Program-made: the position numbers and the translations under genes
Source of the DNA: Felis catus
Taxonomy: Eukaryota
Length of the DNA stretch: 64,000 nt
Direction of reading: 5' to 3'
Assembly (NCBI RefSeq): GCF_018350175.1
Contig: NC_058373.1
Location: 105,216,001 to 105,280,000, forward strand
The notes under the pieces: generated by a model
Told to the model about the DNA's origin: nothing
Seen by the model: the letters and a program-made list of their open reading frames with translations, nothing else
The model's database searches: none
Part shown: positions 1-64,000 of the stretch, piece by piece
Numbering within the stretch: position 1 is the stretch's first letter
How the letters are laid out: each line of letters opens with the position of its first letter

Positions 1-774
1 TCCGCTGATAAAAGTATATATTTTACCCCAGATACGCACAACATCTTTGTGAAATGTAAAATTATTTATTAGGAACTGATTCTACAAGTGATTGTATCCA
101 ACTATAGACTAAGGTTGTTCTAGTTGCTCTCACTTTGAAAGAATTTTCCTGTTGGTGGTTGTATATTACCTCTCAGGCATTGAGACCTACCCCCCCCCCC
201 CCCCCCCCCCCCGCCATGCTGTGATAATGCTAAAGGACCAAGGACTGCCTGGATGTAGCACTGATCCAGGCTCATCCAGGGAGCCCCCAAGTCCTGGGCA
301 ACCTGGGACAACTGCTCATCCTTATTTTGGAAAGGCACCCCAAGATTGTGCCACCTGCCTCAGTTTGCAAATGGGAAAACTGAGAAACAGAGTGACACAA
401 GTCCCCAGGCTAATAGGTGGCTGATCTAAGACTAGGATTCCAGGCTGCTGACCTAATTCAGTCTGAGATGAGTGAAGTTTCTAAAGCTAATTTGTTGTGT
501 TATTTGCTTCTTTTTAATTACTGTTTATTTTATTTCTGGAATTATAAAAATTCTTTTGTTGCAAATGTGTTATTTTCTTAATGAGAGAAAAGATCTACTT
601 CAGAATAGCTATCTTTTGCCTTTTATTTCTGTGATTCTAAAAATAAAGGTATAAAATCATCAGAGATTTAGAGAGTAAAAATCCGGTTTGATCATTTTTA
701 TTAGAAATCACTTTAAACAACATTTCTAGTAACTGATCGTATTTTTTATATCCTTTGATATTTTATTATTTTAG

Positions 775-63004
<62,230 letters not shown>

Positions 63005-63222
63005 GTAATAATCCTTGTACTTTACTTAAAATGAGAATGGTAATAATATTGGCTTAGCATGATGCACTGCCAAGAGATTAGTCTTTGGAGTCAGTTTCAA
63101 TCCATGCTTCCTTTATTTGTTAATTCAAGCCTGGATACAACTCTTAGCTCATCTGGACCCTAGCTATGACCTTGAATACATAGCATTTTTCTAACCCTTA
63201 GTTTTAGAGATTAAAAATAGCA

Positions 63223-63224
<2 letters not shown>

Positions 63225-63257
<33 letters not shown>

Positions 63258-63295
63258 GTATATATATATACATACACACATATACATATATATAA
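63225..63295. repeat. (TA)n microsatellite
   Basis: Direct reading. Confidence 0.9.
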
Positions 63296-63624
63296 TGCTG
63301 GTTAGGTAGCTATTATTGACACTTTGTGTCATCATGAAATATCTAGCTCATTAATTTGCATATAGCAGGTACTCAAGAAAAATTTATTATATTAAATTTT
63401 GCAAAAGCTGTTACATAAGCAATTTCATGGTGAGTTAGGCCAATGGCCCATGTAATCTTCTGTACTGAAAAAATAGGTTAATTACTCTCCAGCATGTAAA
63501 GAAATGTTCACGTTATTAAAAACAGTTTTGTATCTGTGTAATGGCAATGGATTTCTCACTGTAGATTAGTTTATTCAATTCACTATGTATTTCATGATAT
63601 TGCATAGCATTGCATGGGGTTGGT

Positions 63625-64000
63625 ATTGCTGGTTGCAACCTCAGGAGTTTCCTGGGTGAAGTTTAAAACTGGCCCCTATTCATGGAGAGCAAGGAGAGAC
63701 CGAATAAAGACACATACCACTCCAGATTGGCAGATGGCAGGTTTAAATAAGCAAGGGGACTTACTTACCAGACCTGTCTCGGGCACTTGTGAGACCGGTA
63801 GATCTCTGCACCCAGCCACCAGAATCTTAAAAGTTTATATAGAAGCCTTAATTGGGTTCAGTCAGGTATTCAGTCCAGACGGTGTCATAACACCTTCCCC
63901 TCTCAAGGCTATGTCCTTTAATGACTGCCAGTATGGAAATAGTAGGTGGGACGCATATTCCAAGGACAGGACCAGAGTAAGGAGCTTCCAATTGCCTGGG
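63625..64000. mobile_element. Probable ERV LTR fragment running off the window edge
   Basis: Abrupt composition change and LTR-like motifs (ggtttaaataagcaaggggacttac, aagtttatatag); family not identified. Confidence 0.45.

Noticed and set aside
120..424. Overlapping 72-aa and 90-aa ORFs with poly-Gly/poly-Pro
   Set aside because: They are produced by a C homopolymer (~191-212) and old repeat-like sequence, with no recognisable protein.

Overview
This is mammalian genomic DNA from a felid, judged by the dense Felidae-type CAN-SINEs and felid/carnivore L1s. The whole window lies inside KIAA0586 (TALPID3, a centriole/ciliogenesis gene) on the + strand. I traced 23 consecutive internal coding exons from 775 to 63004. 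All have GT-AG introns and consistent phases, and they join into one uninterrupted frame of 3741 nt (1247 codons). The start and stop codons lie outside the window. The introns are full of SINEs (several near-identical young copies with target-site duplications, TSDs), L1 fragments of different ages, DNA-transposon MITEs, LTR fragments and microsatellites. Almost all non-exon ORFs in the supplied track are repeat artefacts. I see no prokaryote-type system (CRISPR etc.) and nothing I can support as a new multi-gene system. The most unusual object is an ~100-bp foreign insert inside a SINE at 32018-32118. On the minus strand it reads as a decayed piece of TRIP11/GMAP-210 coding sequence, with a fold-back palindrome at one junction. 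Other points are nested L1 and SINE insertions, a poly(A)-only retrotransposition scar, inverted SINE pairs around exons, odd splice sites and a candidate CTCF site. Protein and repeat-family identifications come from my recall of the sequences, not from database searches.
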